Origin: Lytechinus pictus
Taxonomy: Eukaryota
Length of the DNA stretch: 64,000 nt
NCBI RefSeq assembly: GCF_037042905.1
Contig: NC_087251.1
Location: 15,440,001-15,504,000 of the forward strand
Direction of reading: 5' to 3'
This document shows positions 1-14,788 of this stretch, piece after piece. How positions within the stretch are numbered: the stretch's first letter is position 1; the number at the start of each line of letters is the position of its first letter. Below the pieces are notes generated by a model that made no database searches, was not told the DNA's origin, and saw nothing but the letters and a program-made list of their open reading frames with translations. The translations under genes were made by a program, and so were the position numbers.

Positions 1-981
1 TAATCATGAATCCTAGCACTGCATTATTGAAAAAAGGTTTTCATATGATAATGACTTGAGGAATCTGAGAGAATTATGATCATTCCTGGAAAGTTGATGT
101 TGGTTTTAGTCTTTACCTGTAAGGAGACGGTAGGGTGTAGTTATGTAAATATATCTTTTGTTTAAAGAATGATTGACATATGAACTATTTCTATGTTTGA
201 TAATTCATCATGATATTTACAAAGCTTTGATCTTTTCACTTCTAATATATTAATTCTTTATTTTATGGTATACATATCAAAATACTTTTTTTTAAATAGA
301 AACATCACAGAATTTCCTTTTCTTCAAGTTTAAGTTGAAAAGTTCCAATAAGAAAATGAAATCGGCAAAAGGAGTTTTGGTGATTAGGGTTGTGGTTATA
401 TATATTCATATTTAGGATTTTTATATCGTTCATTCATACAAAATTGCTCTGTTTTAGAAACCTATTTGAAATGCTTTTTTTGTTGCAGCCGGAGAAATGT
501 TGGGTTATTGTATTTACAATGTCATAAGCGTTCCCATAACCAACAGTGGTTTCCTAATGTTGATGCATTAAAAACAACAATACATGATATGTCCTTCATT
601 TTGTCCAGCAAGATGAGTAAAGTGTTCATAAGAAATGGCTAATGTGTTATGCAGTATTTAAATCGTATTTAAAGATGTAACAGAATCGATTGAAAATTAG
701 GAGCCTTATTAATCTACATGTCTTTGGTTTTTCTTTTTAAGTTAATTAATGGTGAAGAAAATGTGTACATAATGTACATGTATTCATGATAAAATGACCA
801 AGAGATTTCCCTGTTATTCCACTTTTCGATGTTTATTATCTTTAATTGATTTTGTATGTACCATTAGCAAGAGGAATAGTAAAATTAAACTTTAACTCCA
901 TCATTTTTGCATCAAATCATTATGTGTGTGTGGATGTGGGTGTGTGTGTTCATAATGTTCTGATACTTGTTACAGGGTTAA

Positions 982-1731
982 CCCTAACTAGGCCGGGCTT
1001 TTTTGGCTGTTCTGTGGCCGGGGGTTGATTCAACCCCCCCCCCCCCCCCTGAGATCTCGGCCGCCGGTCGTGCGAGCGCCGCAAAAATTTGCACGCTGGT
1101 AGTGTGGGAGGTAATCTACAAGGCTGTATGGTAAAATTTTCCAGAATATTAAGATTTTATTTTATATGAATTAATTATGCTAATTTATGCATAAATCATA
1201 CTTTTTGCTCTAATTCACTAAATAAAGCTCCTAGAATGCTAATTTTTGGTAAAAATATTCTTTGTAGCATTCTTAACAATCGCAATTGAAAAAAACTTCA
1301 GTTTGGAAATCAATTTCTTATGTATTTTATTGTTTTATGAATTTCTTATGTATTTCTTTGTTTTTCTTTGTTTTTTACACCAGATTTATTGCACAAACTT
1401 TTTGAAGCATATTTATGCTAAAATCAATTGATTTCAGCTGTTTAAAGCAAAAATAATCGTATCTTTATGAATAAGATGAGAAAACTCAATTTGCATTGAC
1501 TTTGTACACAAAATCACGTTTTGGAACAATTTTGGTCTGACATGCACTTACGAAATGTTGCTTAATTTCGGAACCGCGTACCCGGGCGTCGCAAATTTGG
1601 TCTTAAAAGATGCGCGAGACTTGAAAGTATAAACTCTCTGAGTGGCGCGGTAAAAAAAAATTTGCACGGTGAAATAATCGCAGAAAATGTTGAGGGGGGG
1701 GGGTGATTCAACCCCCCCGGTCACTTTAGGG
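982..1731. mobile_element. piggyBac-like non-autonomous element (TTAA TSD, CCCTAA...TTAGGG ends)
   Basis: TTAA at 978-981 and 1732-1735 with CCC/GGG termini. A related inverted, truncated copy lies at ~60124-60740. Confidence 0.75.
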
Positions 1732-2704
1732 TTAAGAATTAATAATTGCCAGTGTGAAAATGGTAGACAAAGAAATGAAAGATATACAGTAGGTCCAGAC
1801 AGACTTGAAGTTCTAGAAAATGGGTATTCTCCTAACGGATCAGAAAATGCCAGGTTATTTTGGCAGTGTAAAAGAAAATTTATTGTAATATTCCAGAAAA
1901 AAAATACATGCAAAAATCGTATCTAGATACTCATCAAAATCATAAGAACTTTTGCTGAGATTTTCCAAATTTATTGGTGTTCACTTAGTTTTGAGAACTT
2001 TCCCATCGAGCAAGTTCCAGAGGAAGCTTGTCACTTGGTTTGTTTGGCTGAGCTAAAGATTTTGAATTATTGTACATGATCTGGTATTCTGAGGCCTGAA
2101 CAATTTCTGGTATATTATCAGGTATTGTGGTGATCGAGTCTGTTTGAAAGAACCTTACCATAAAGAATGGGGATATCCCCTTTTTCTTTCTTCCCCCCCC
2201 CCCCTTTCTTTATATATAGGTGGGCCAGCTTTCCTGACCCTTTTTTTAATAATCTCTTACGAGCCCGAGTTGACGTTTACAAAGTGCGGCAAGTGAATGA
2301 TAAAGAGAAAGATACACAAAGAGCAGGAAGATATGGAAGAAAGAGTGATTAAAAGGAAATAGTGTGAATGATGGGGTGGTTAGTACGAACGATACACAGA
2401 GAAAAGAGATATATAGAAAGGAAATATCTGAATGACTGAAGGAAATTATGAAAGATAAAGAGATGTAAAGGTAAAGAATAAGTGAAGAATGAATGATGGA
2501 AGAACACAAGTATGTGGTCCAGATGGAATGGAAAAGTGAATGATAGAGGGGAAATGTCTGAATGGTACACAACAGAATAATTCCTGTCTTAGTCGACCAA
2601 ACATGAAAATCAATTACATAAACATGTCATAATGAATACCAAAATCAATGTTATACCTGGAACTTTTGCTTAACTGTATTGTACATGTGGTAATTCCAGT
2701 GTAT

Positions 2705-3350
2705 GTCTCGCCTGCATAGTAGCACGAGACAGGCGCCGTTTTTTCTACGGCAGCGGCGGCGTCGTCAAGTCCACCCCAGAAAAATGTTGATTATTTTGGA
2801 CAAATTTAGAGAAAAATCAAAATAGCATTTACGCTGAAAATTTCATCAAAATCGGATGTAAAATAAAGTTATGACATTTTAAAGTTTCACTTGTTTTTCA
2901 CAAAACAGTGATATGCACAATTCAGTGACATGCAAATGAGACAGTCGATGATGTCCTTCACTCACTGTTTTTGTTTATTATGGTTTGAATTATACAATAT
3001 TTCATTTCAACTTTTTGTTGGGGTCGACTTGTCCTTTAACCAAGGTTAAGTTTTTGTCTTCATAACTTAGGAAGTGTATGGACCTATAGTTAATGAAACT
3101 TGGACGTAAGTGTAATCATGGACCTACTAGGTCCATGGTGTAATCAAGTATCACTCATTAGCTTGCATTTGTTTCAGGTCACATAGTCGAGGTCAAAATA
3201 ATGTTGAAAACTTCACTGAAATGTCACCATAACCAAGAATATCAAGGACCTAATTCATGAGACGGTCATAATGGTTGTGAAGTATTCAGCAAATGGTTGA
3301 ATGTGATTTTATGTCACTTGGTGAATGTCAAAGGTCATAGGGGTCAATAA
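2705..3350 (+). mobile_element. Decayed HINE/Helentron-like element with a nested palindromic MITE remnant (~2765-3035)
   Basis: Starts gtctcgcctgcatag...cgagac...ggcggcgtcgtc, the reverse complement of the ends at 43866, 58049 and 59433; contains aggtca/atgaaacttgg unit remnants. Confidence 0.65.
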
Positions 3351-3927
3351 ACCAGTGATGTAAAAAAAAAAAATCAGCAAGATGATAGGATTTTGGATTT
3401 TTGCAGATAATTTTAAAATTATCATAAGTTATCAGAAATTAGATGAGTATAATTTCAGGTAACTGGTTAGTAAGGTAATTCCAGATCAATTAATTTGGAT
3501 ATAGACATTTTTTTTATCTTATTTATTATTCAAAAAAAGTTTAATTGCATGAGATGGTTACGGGATATCACAAATAATATAAGAAATTAAAAGTTTCTTA
3601 GTCAAGTTAACGAATTTAAGAGTTTATTATCAAATAGTAATGTGTTTTTAACTCTAGATTATGAAAATCGCTTTTATTTTTTGTCATTCTTTAGGATATA
3701 TTTTTTAAAGAAAATGGTTCAGTCGCTATATTCGCCCTGACCGAGGCTAAAGCTTAAAAAATAATATATTCGGGGATGTCGGTCCATGTTTCGGATGGGG
3801 GGGGGGGGGGTAAACAAAATATCCAAAGTTTTCGGCGGGGTCTGCGCGCCAAATTTTAACACAGAATTTTCGCACATGACTTGCATGAAATCGTAAAAAA
3901 TGACAATTTTTTGTTTTGGATGTTTAA

Positions 3928-4520
3928 AGGACAAGTCCACCCCAACAAAAAGTTGATTTGAATAAAAAGAGAAAAATCCAACAAACATAACACTGAAAAT
4001 TTCATCAAAATCGGATGTAAAATAAGAAAGTTATGACATTTTAAAGTTTTGCTTAATTTCACAAAACAGTTATATGCACATCCTGTTGGGTATGCAAATG
4101 AGGAGACTGATGACGTCATCCACTCACTATTTCTTTTGTATTTTATTATATAAAATAGGGAATATCCTATTTTTCTCCTCCTTGTCAAGTGAAACAACGA
4201 TTAATTCCTCCCTGAACATGTGGAATGGGCATTGTTTAATACTATATAATTCAGTCGAGTTGGTCCTTATTGTCAAATCTATAAAAAATGAAATATTGTA
4301 TAATTCAAACAATAAAAAACAAAAGAAATAGTGAGTGAGGGACATCATAGACTGTCTCATTTGAGTTGTGCATATCACTGTTTTGTGAAAAATAAGCGAA
4401 ACTTTAAAATGTCATAACTTTCTTATTTTACATCCGATTTTGATGAAATTTTCAGCATTTTGCTAGTTTGATTTTTGTCTATTTATTCAAATCAACATTT
4501 TTGTGGGGTGGACTTGACCT
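3928..4520. mobile_element. Palindromic MITE with TTAA TSD and AGG termini (Kolobok-like)
   Basis: TTAA|AGGACAAGTCCACCCC ... GGGGTGGACTTGACCT|TTAA with long internal inverted arms. Confidence 0.85.
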
Positions 4521-5232
4521 TTAATAATATAATGTCAAGTATACTGGTTTTATGGTGCTTTCCGATGCTTATTTATTTACTTAAAAAGTTTTCTGATATT
4601 TGAAAATATCGCTCCAGAGTCTTGAAAAGGAATGTTTCGCTCGTTTACTTGGCTAATGGAAAAAGTAACAACGCAAGCTCCCTTCTTAATTGTCCTCATC
4701 GTGAAATATAATCATGTGCCCTCATCCACATATAACACCGATTGGGTCCTGATCGATGGCTGCTATACACGAAGGTGAAATTGTTATAAAAAAAAAACTT
4801 TCTCAAGCATTTTGGCTATGTGACTTATTTTCTCGGTCGCTATAAGCTCCATTGCATAATATTAGAAACATTTTGAGGGACGAGGGACTAGCTGCTTGTT
4901 CAGATCAGTATTCTCCCACGTAGCCATTTCCATTGTATTGAATGAACCAGCGTTGAAAATTTTTCAAGCCCTCTTAAAATTTTTAGTCTAGAACCGTGCC
5001 TGACAATCACAACAAATATCTTATTTCATATGACCGGGAAATCTTCGGGTCTTGCGCCGCCCGCCCGCCTTGCCACCGAGTGAAGCCGGCGTGAAGGCGC
5101 CTTCAAACCACATACAAAGGTGAACTCATTCCGAGCTGGCGTCAATCCGGCAATTAATAAAAGGGAGGTGCAGGATATAGACATAAGTCGAGCTGCCTCT
5201 GACGCCGAGTTCAGCCCACTTTCAGCATATAT

Positions 5233-6986
5233 CAGTGGCGTACCCTGGGTCAAGGCATGTGGGGGGCACCAGCAAACATTTTGAGTCATTGAATGGGTGC
5301 GCGAAGAGCGCTCGATCAATTGCCAGGTATACTGACCTAATAGACACATTTTAAGGACTGTGCCATTAAACGATTATGTATCTCACTAATCAACTAATCC
5401 GAGCGCAAAGCGCGAGCTGAAAATCTTTTATATGCAGACCTAAAATAGGAACGTTATAAGCAAAAAAAATTGTAATCATGAATCGCACCTGTTTCACTTA
5501 AGAAACAATGCGAGCGCGAAGCGCGAGCTGAAATTTTCGTATATATATTTAAGGACTATTTTTTAGGGATTCATGAAGAGCATACGTATTTCACCATAGC
5601 TATCAAATGCTAGCGCCAAGTGCTTGCTTATTTTGTTAGAATTACACCTAAACGTATGAAGCACTTTTTGAAGTCATTGTAACCATAAACATAATACGTA
5701 TCTCACCAATCAAATATTGCGAGCGCGAGCTGAAAATTTTTGAAAATCAAACCTTGTTTATTCTAAGAAATGTTTGTAGGTGTTCACTAAGACCATACAT
5801 AATTTACTGACCAAATGATGCGAGCGCGATGCCCCAGCTGAAAATTTTGGATATTCAGACTATAAAAAGGGACATTATAAGAACTGTTAATCTTAGGAAT
5901 TTATGAAGAGCAAACATATCTCACCAATCCACTAATGCGAACGTAAGTACGTATTGGAAATGTTTTAAATTCAGACCTTAAAAGGGGGCAATCACTTTAA
6001 AGGTCAAGTCCACCTCCAAAAAAATTGATTTAAATCAATAAAGGAAAATCAGACAAGCATAATGCTGAAAATTTTCATCTAAATCAGATGTAAAATAAGA
6101 AAGCTATGACATTTTAAAGTTTCGCTTATTTTTCACAAAAGAGTTATATGCACAATTTAATCACAGGCAAATGAAAGAATAGATGATGTCCCTCACTCAC
6201 TATTTATTTTGTTTTTTATTGTTTGAATTATACAATATTTCATTTTTTCCAGATTTGACAATAAGGACCAACTTGAATGAACCATAAAATGTAAAACAAT
6301 GGCATTCTACATGTTCAGGGCGAAATAAATCTTTGTTTCACAGGACAATGAGGAGAAAATTTAATGTTTCATATAATAAAATACAAAAGTAACAGTGAGT
6401 GAGTGATGTCATCAGTTCCCTCATTTGCATATCGATCGGGATATGCGTATAACTATTTTGAGAAATTAAGCGAAACTTAAAAATGTCATAACTTTCTTAA
6501 TTTACATCCGATTTTGATGAAATTTTCAGTGTTGTGCTTGTTGGATTTTTCTATTTTTATTCAAATCAACTTTCTGTTGGGGTGGACTTGTTCTTTATGT
6601 AGTCATGAAAAAGAAGCATGTCACTGCATAAAACAAACGCGAAATGCAGGGAAATATATTGGGTATATATTGACTTTAAAACGAGATGATTCAGAACGTA
6701 CAACCATGGATCCTACTAGAACTATATTAGGATCCATGGTACAACAGGATTATATATCTAATTAAACAGACAATGCGAGCACCAGGAATGATGAACACAT
6801 AGGCCCTAAGCAAATTATGTTTCATAAAGTTATGAAAAATTAATATAATCATATAACATCACATGATATACAATAATGTCTTCTTCCTCCACTACGTTTC
6901 TCTTCCTTTCTCTCCTGTCTTTTTTCCCCCAAGCCCGCTTTTTTTTGCCAGCAGATGCCCCCCCCCCCCCCGTAGTAACACCCCTG
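5233..6986. mobile_element. hAT-like non-autonomous element (CAGTGGCGTA...TAACACCCCTG) with GCGAGCGCGAAGCGCGAGCTG internal motifs
   Basis: Termini and internal motif shared with 16418-17294, 20297-21027 and 51320-52035; no TSD found. Confidence 0.55.
6001..6594. mobile_element. Second copy of the Kolobok-like palindromic MITE, nested
   Basis: TTAA|AGGTCAAGTCCACC ... GGTGGACTTGTTCT|TTAT; homologous to 3928-4520. Confidence 0.82.
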
Positions 6987-7007
6987 TTTTTTCAGGCCTA
7001 CCACCCT

Positions 7008-10000
7008 TGGGTGATTCCTTATGTCGTACGGGACATTTAGAGAACATTTGACAGTTTTTCGACAAGAAATACAAAAAATATTCCAGTAACTAAAGGTGAT
7101 AATCAAGTACTACCAGAGTGTTAGGAAAACCATGCATGGACCAAGACTTAATTCACATCCTGTATAATACAGATTTAAAATAGCAATGTGTGGTACGGGG
7201 CGCAGAAAAAAGTGGCCTTTTTTTAAACCTCAAGTTTGTAGTCTAAAGTCTGTGAGTTGAACAGACAATTTTCATTAAAAAAACTGAACTCAAATTGATA
7301 TTCAATTACCCAAGAACAAACACATATATGAAAAAAAGCAAAATAAACATTCGTGAATAAATAAAGCAAATTAAAATTTTCGAGAACATTGTGGCGTACG
7401 GGACACTCAAAATGTGTCGTACGGACATCTCTAAATTGAAGCCAAACTTTCTTACTTTATATGTCCCTTTGACTTCTTCAATCACTTTATTTGGCTGATA
7501 ATAATGATGATCCTATCAAACTAAAGGCATTTATTATGTGTTAGATACCGCTATTGGCTGAATATTTCTATCACTATATCATAAACAAAATACTGTGTCG
7601 TACGGGACACTTGTGTGTTGTACAGACACTTGCGCGTGTTGTACTGGACAGCCTGTAAAAACTGAACTTTTATCAATCAGAAAAAGAGCATTGCCCCTAA
7701 ATTCTTCCTTTTTAATGAAAAGCCTTAAGTTGTCACTCGGGACAATATAATTAAGTAACCTCATTTTATCCGTTATATATATACAACTGGGAGCAATATA
7801 TCGTCATTTTTTCATGATGTGAAATGTACAATGGTTCACAGCATTTTTAAGAGCTAAAGAATTGAGGTTTTGTGTGAATTAAGTTAAATTTTAGTGAATT
7901 AAGTGATGATTTTCAATACACTTTTTAAACAATGAAAGAATGAAACTGTGTTTGTGTAAATTATGGGGCTAAGATGTTATGATTTTTCGTATAAATGAAT
8001 ATACACGATGTCACAACTGTCACTTGTAACTCCTCAAAATGTTTTTTTTTCTAAAGAAATGCGATTTTACTTTTTTAAACTTTTCTGCATTTCATGAAAT
8101 CATATGGTTTGTCTTATTTTCCAGATTTTTTTTACAAATTGAGAAAAGTAAGGAGTTTTAATAATGTATATAGAAAAAAATACTGATCATCAAGGAAGGT
8201 CCAAATAGGTGATTAATATGGAAATCGTTTTTTTTTTACATCTTATAATAATTTCACAATAGTATGCAAGAGGAAATCATCTTCCATGCTAGGATGAATT
8301 AATTATAAACGTTTTCTTTTCATGCTCAACGACCTGTGAAAATCACCAGTTTAGCTGAAGGGATTTACAAAAGAATAGGCTTACATGAAGTCGATTAAAA
8401 TGGTTAGAATCACCTATTTCATGTTCTATGGAGATTTAAAAAAATACCGTTTATCAGTTCACATAATGTCAAATCAATTGCTTAAATTAAAATAGGCCTA
8501 CTGTTTATATTTTCTGAATCCAAATCTTGCAATGAAATGCAGTATATATTGTGTGTCGTATACGGGACAACTTTTAATAGGACAATTCGTCCCTGTTTTC
8601 ACGAAGTGACGGATACGAGAAAAATCGCATTTTTTTCAATTTTGAGTTTTTTGCATTTTTGGAGATCTTTAATTCATATCTCGAACCTCAACAAGTTTCA
8701 GATCACAAAAATGTCTAATTACGTTGCTATGACAACAGTGCATACACGAAAATACCCAGATTAAGGATTTCTTGTTTTTACGAAGTGACGGATAAGCAGC
8801 CGTCAATTCGTGAAAATAAACGAATACGCTTCATCACTCAAGAGTTTTTTCACGAAGTGACGGAAGGCAAAGTCTGGAACAGCCGAAGACCATGAAATGG
8901 TGAGTTTTTTTGTAAATGTAGGAAAGGAAATCAATTTAATGCAGCTCTTTAAGTCATTTTGCGTAATTTCAACCCTTTTAAACGTCTCTGATCGCAAAAA
9001 TCCTTAAATTAACGTCCAATCTTTCCATACATTGCCCCACATATTCATTTTCGTGTCAGTGAAAATTGAATGGAGTATTGCGTGTCATTTTTTTGTCCTC
9101 AATTCAACTTGAATGTTAAGTTTAGTCAAACTAAAAGGGTAAGAATATTTTTCCAACATTAATCAAGACTAAATAGATTTAATGAAGGCTGAGGATTTGG
9201 TTAAAAAATCTACAGGGGCATTAGTTTAGGCCTAGATCTAGATTAATTTACACGAATTGCATTGCCATTGGACTCCAAAAGAGTCCAATGTTAACTCGTT
9301 ATGTTCTAACTTGTCTTCATAAGTGCCTAGTATTTGCAATAAATTTCCACAAAAAAAATCTGAAATAAATACATAGATTATATTGTCTTCCTTACTGTAG
9401 TGTTAGTTAACTCATCATCTAAATTCAGTAGTACTTTCAAACATATGTAATGGAAAGATACCCCCTCCCCAGGGGAGGGGGGGGATTTCTATAAATGACA
9501 GTGAGAATGCTGAGATCATGAATTAATTCAGTTAAGTTAGTGGCCAACCCATTTGTGCAAATAAGTTGAGTCCTTAGTTAAAATGAGGATTACTGGAGAT
9601 TTCTGTTTTAAATAAATCATCTCGAGTCAAGAGTCAGTCTACATCTAATGTAGATAGAGCTTTAAAATTTGTTGTTTGGTGGCCACACCCTCGCCCTTAT
9701 CTCTATGACATTTTACAGAAAATGAAAGAATCTACATAAATAAACTGCACCTCGGTTCTGATCATAATCATGATGAAGATATTTTCATTTCTTTTCAGAT
9801 GCAGTATATACAGTAAGCAATGTTTCAGAGAACAAATGAGAGAAGTCCTGGAACCAGTACACTTGCTATTTAACAATACAATTCCAGGTGAGAATTTTCA
9901 TAGTGTTATAATCCAACATGACATCCTGTCAGTATCAGCCATCCATTCATTTGCACTCATTACCAAAATTAATTTCAATTGCAAATCTAGTAAATAATGA

Positions 10001-13000
10001 AGTTATAAAAATATATTGACTCAAAGTTATAATAACCAGAAAATATTAATTTGGGAATATGTTAGCATTTAGCAGATACAAGTGTATTTCTAAGTTGTAA
10101 AAGAACATTATTTCTATTTTGACAAGTGCATTGTGTACTGCCCTAGAGCATTGAAATTTGACATGTAATCATATTTTCAGCTGAAACTTTCTTATAAATT
10201 GGAAACATTTAATTGGAATATTTGCTGTAAATATCAGTGGTAAATAGAGTATATAAAATATATTCTTAATAATCTTGTAGTACCATACTGACTGGGCAGG
10301 TTTTGTTTGGAAAGGGCAATTTAAAATATTGAGTCTGCTATCAATTCTACAAATTCGATATTGAATTGACAAAAAACTTTGAAAACAAACAGTTGATTTG
10401 TATATTATTTCATTCTACATACTTAGGTTGGATCCAGGAGCCAACATGCTTGTCAGGTGGGTCATTGATAATTCCCTGAGCACCGCAGATGTGATCTGAT
10501 TTGGTGACATGACAGTTGAATTGGTAGTGACTGGATTTTAACAGTGTGCCCTGGTTTGGAATTGTTGAAGTAACCAAACTAGAAACATCTTCTGAGAACT
10601 CTGACTGCGATTCTGATGATGAAACTCTGTCTACACTTGTGAAAAGTATGAAGGAATTGGCTCTGCCTCATGGCCTTTTAAGGCTCTCACTTAACTTTTT
10701 CTTTAGTTTCCAGCTGGGTAACTGATGCCAGTTTTAACTTTCTTGTGATTTTGACTTCAACATAAGTTTAGTTTTAGAGCAGTGTATTATATAAAGAAAC
10801 CATGTTGCTTGAACTAGTCTGTGCTCTTACAGTGATATAATTATGAACTCCTTCAAATATGTTTTATATATACAGTCAAATATAAAGTTCAGAATAGTCA
10901 TTTATCTGCTATCCTTACCACATGTTTAAATTGCTTATAAATACACATCGTCCGCATATGGATGCAGAAGAATTACCCTTCTTTATTCATTTTGTTTGGC
11001 ATGTTTTCATTTTGCTTGGTGCCATCTAAAAAAAAAAAATCCTGCATATGTCTACATTTTTGTAAAACAGAATGTTACTAGCTTTATTGTGCTTAAATGT
11101 ATTGTATTAATACTTCATACTTTCTTATAATAACATAACCATACAATTTAGACTGACATGCATTGTGAAACTCGATTGTTACAGGATATATTACTAGTAA
11201 GGGTGAAAATCATATTAAGTTTTCATGAATTCATTTTCAAAAGCCAGATGTGTTAATACAGACCCCCCCCCCCCTTCCATGAGGTAATTTTTTTTGGTCT
11301 ATCAGGGGTGTGAGAATTCTTAGCTGATTTCTGCTATTTTTGTTTTTTATTTTCAGCTTGATATCCCTTTTTGTGTACAATAGTTTGAGAGCTCATTCAA
11401 TTTCATCCCACCTGGTTTATGCAGTTTTACAGTTGATGTGTCATCATTTTATTCTAGAATTTTCTAATGAATGATATTCAGGAAAGAAATAATACATGAT
11501 TATTTTTAGCAGACATTTTACATTAGCTTGAGGTTAAAGATAGATTGCAGCACATGTTTTTCTGTATATTTGTAGTAAGAATTTAACTCATTTCTACATG
11601 ATCCCACTAATTCAAAGATGTTACTTGCTAAAATCGTGACAATTTATTGTAAAGTTTTCAGAGTTGGAACTAAGGTGTATTTTACTGTATCTTTCTGTTT
11701 TTGGACCCGGGCCATAATTTGCTATTAAAAAAACAAGTGTTTGATTGGAAAATGTATTGATGAGTGTATTTAGCCAATAACTTGAGAATGATGGAAAAAA
11801 TACAGATCTACTTAGTCATTCGTATTTTTATTACTGCATTTTTTTGTTGCTTTTGACGCTGTCGTTCGGGATTTTGATTATAAATTTGTTAATAAATGAT
11901 CCTGTTTGATATGAAGTTAAATAATTGATTTAAAATTATATTTCCATGTTTGAGTTTCATTAGTTGATACATGTAATTGTTTATTCAAAGGTTTACATGT
12001 TTCCTTTGGTAAAGATTATCTTTTAGCACAAGTAGACTTTTTAGTACTTGACAGTGTGTAAAAAGATGAAATAACTCTCAAGGCAACTGTGTCGACTGAT
12101 TTAATTATGACATTCTTAAAAAAAAAGTGCAGTGAATGTAATAAGTAATAGTGATTATGTTACTTCTATTTTGATGGAAAAGAAATATACCATTTTACTT
12201 GAATATGTGTATGTCAATACAAATAGACATAGAGAATACAACTTTCCTGCACCACTAGCATTGATTATATTCCAGTATTCTTGTGATGGAAAATTTATTC
12301 ATTTGACATTGGAATGTTTTGAATGTAGAGTAACTTATTGAATTTGGTACTAGTTAGCAATTCTGTATTTCAAAATGTGGCATTCACAGACTAGGATTGC
12401 TGATTGTGTTAAGCATATAAAATGACAAAATTCTGTCAATGTGTACCTGATAATTCACTTCTTATGCATTTCACAGTGCAATATTAGATTCTTTATAATA
12501 ATTATGAATGTCGTTGTGTTTGTTACTAGCGATTATGGTCTGATATATTATTGAATCAAAAATATATTTCCATTGTTAACATTGTATGGAATTGATATTT
12601 TAATGAATTTATTAAGCATAACCATTATCATAATGATTGACATGAAAAAAAGTTATATTTTACTTGTCTATTTGTCACTTGCTGCTATGGTTTCATATGT
12701 TATAAAATTAAAAGAGTTCTTCTAAATTTATTTACATTGCTAACTTTGTAGAATTTATTTTATATAGTTAGTATTTTCAATGATTTATGACAAGTCATAA
12801 CTCTTATTTTGCATGATAAAGGTATTTTAATATGATGTTCAGGAGAGAATACATGACTATTTTGATAAGGGAAAACTTGAGTAGAGAGAGAAAGAAAGGG
12901 AGCAAGAGTGGTTGTACTCGAAATTTGCTCGCTTTATTTTGACAAATTCTTATTCTTCTCATTTTTTGTTGTTGGGGGGGGGGGGGTGACAATCAGTCAT

Positions 13001-14513
13001 AATTTAACAATTCTTGTTGCCGTTTTGACAAGTTAGTTCCACATTTAGTTTTGTACCATTTTCGAGGTAATTAAGTCTCAAAGAATAATTTTGAATAGCT
13101 AACTCGGCCTTAACAGAGAATACCTTTAACATTATAAACAACATTTAAGAAAAACTTAATTGGGATTTCATATTTTCAGGGGGGTAGGGAGGTTAGTAAA
13201 CTGACAAATATGTGTAATGTCGCATTATCTACTCCAACGGAGTCAGTGCTTAATAGTCCTTTCTCAAACATAGAATTACAAAGACGAAATGTGTTGTATC
13301 TCTTGTAGTCATTTTATTCATATCCTGTTAGGAATTTTCCTTATATCAGAGTTCATCTCTCAAAAATGAAGATAATATTGAAATGAAATAGGCATAAGTA
13401 TAACACGTGTGTTAATTGGTCTTCCTGTTATTACTTGAAAAATGAAATCAAAGTATTTAAAGTGATTTTTTTTTATTAAAAGAAGTAAATGTAGGCCTAA
13501 TTGATCTGACATTTGAAATTGATTTTTCTTACAATAGCAAATAAAGAAATTATGTATATCTAGACCCTATTTATCGAATTGCATCGACAAGGCTATACGT
13601 GGGACTAAGGCGAAGCTTCTTCCCGTCACTTCGTAAAAACAAAATTGAAGCGCGTCCTTGAATTTCGGATTTTCACGAAGTGACGGTTATGCGCGCGGAG
13701 CACTATCCGTCACTTCGTGAAAATAAATCTAAGCGCGTACCGTAATATATTTTTTTCACGAAAATATGGTTCTGCTTACAGCTCATTATCTTCTTAAATA
13801 TTTAAGTAAAATGCAAATGATTGGTCTTGAATATTGTCCAGAATATGCCCAATACAAGGATATGACATATATCCACCCTGCATACGTGGAAGACGTTGAG
13901 ATTGAGGTCTAAACCTTTGAACGCGATTTACTCAAAACTAACTTTTTAAAAGTTGCGCGCTCATCCGTCACTTCGTGAAATAAGGGACGAATTATTGAAA
14001 AATGAAGGAAATTAGATCCTTATAGGATAAATCGATCTTCCATGGGTCAAAGATAGAGAAAACTGATATTGTAAGATTGCATCATCAAAGATAAAAGTGA
14101 AGGAAAAACTTTTGCATTTTCATGTGTCGTACGGGACGTTGCAAAAATAGGTTCGAAAAATCAGGGCTGCATACCCCTATTATGGATCATGAAAATGTAG
14201 ATATTATTTGGAACCATCAATGATACATTATTCTATTTACCTGCAATATTTTCAATATTCTCGTGCTTTGCCAACAATGGTTTCAGGCAGTGTTTGTACT
14301 TGACTATTTAATCAGCAAAATTTTTGAAAATTGAAATTCCATTGTCCCCCCCCCAAAAAAAATATATATATATATACCTGACTTCACTTTTAGTTAAAAT
14401 TCATTATTTTCATAAAATCTAGGTATCATAGCAAAACATTATACTACTTATGACTTATTGAAAGCATGTTGAAATTTATGATATTTTTGAAATTCTAGTG
14501 TGGAATCGCTCCC
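7008..14513. mobile_element. Outer repeat marked by direct GTCGTACGGGAC motifs, interrupted by the Sola1-like insertion (ends uncertain)
   Basis: Motif at ~7024, 7192, 7394, 7416, 7597, 8556 and again at 14126, after the nested element. Confidence 0.45.
8588..13989. mobile_element. 5.4-kb TIR element with AATT TSD (Sola1-like, non-autonomous)
   Basis: AATT|CGTCCCTGTTTTCACGAAGTGACGGAT ... ATCCGTCACTTCGTGAAATAAGGGACG|AATT; subterminal ACGAAGTGACGG repeats at both ends; no transposase ORF. Confidence 0.75.
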
Positions 14514-14788
14514 TTAAGATGTAAACGTGGCTTTTTGCATGTCTTGTATGACTTAATTCATTTAGTCGAGGGATAAGGCTTTTGTTTGATGAGATATCCA
14601 GGTGCAAAAATGCAAACGAAGCTGGCATATGCCACATAAGGCCCACTTGAAAAAAGCAGTTTGCATGCAGTTCCATTTAGCGTATGATCAGAAGAGGGTC
14701 ATCAATTTACTCAAACAGCAAGGTGGTTTAACATTAATGAGGCAAGCACCAACTTTGATGCCTTCATTAAAATCACGGACCTGATTAA

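Noticed and set aside
2290..2575. Purine-rich tract as a coding or functional element
   Set aside because: Low-complexity GA-rich sequence with no further support.
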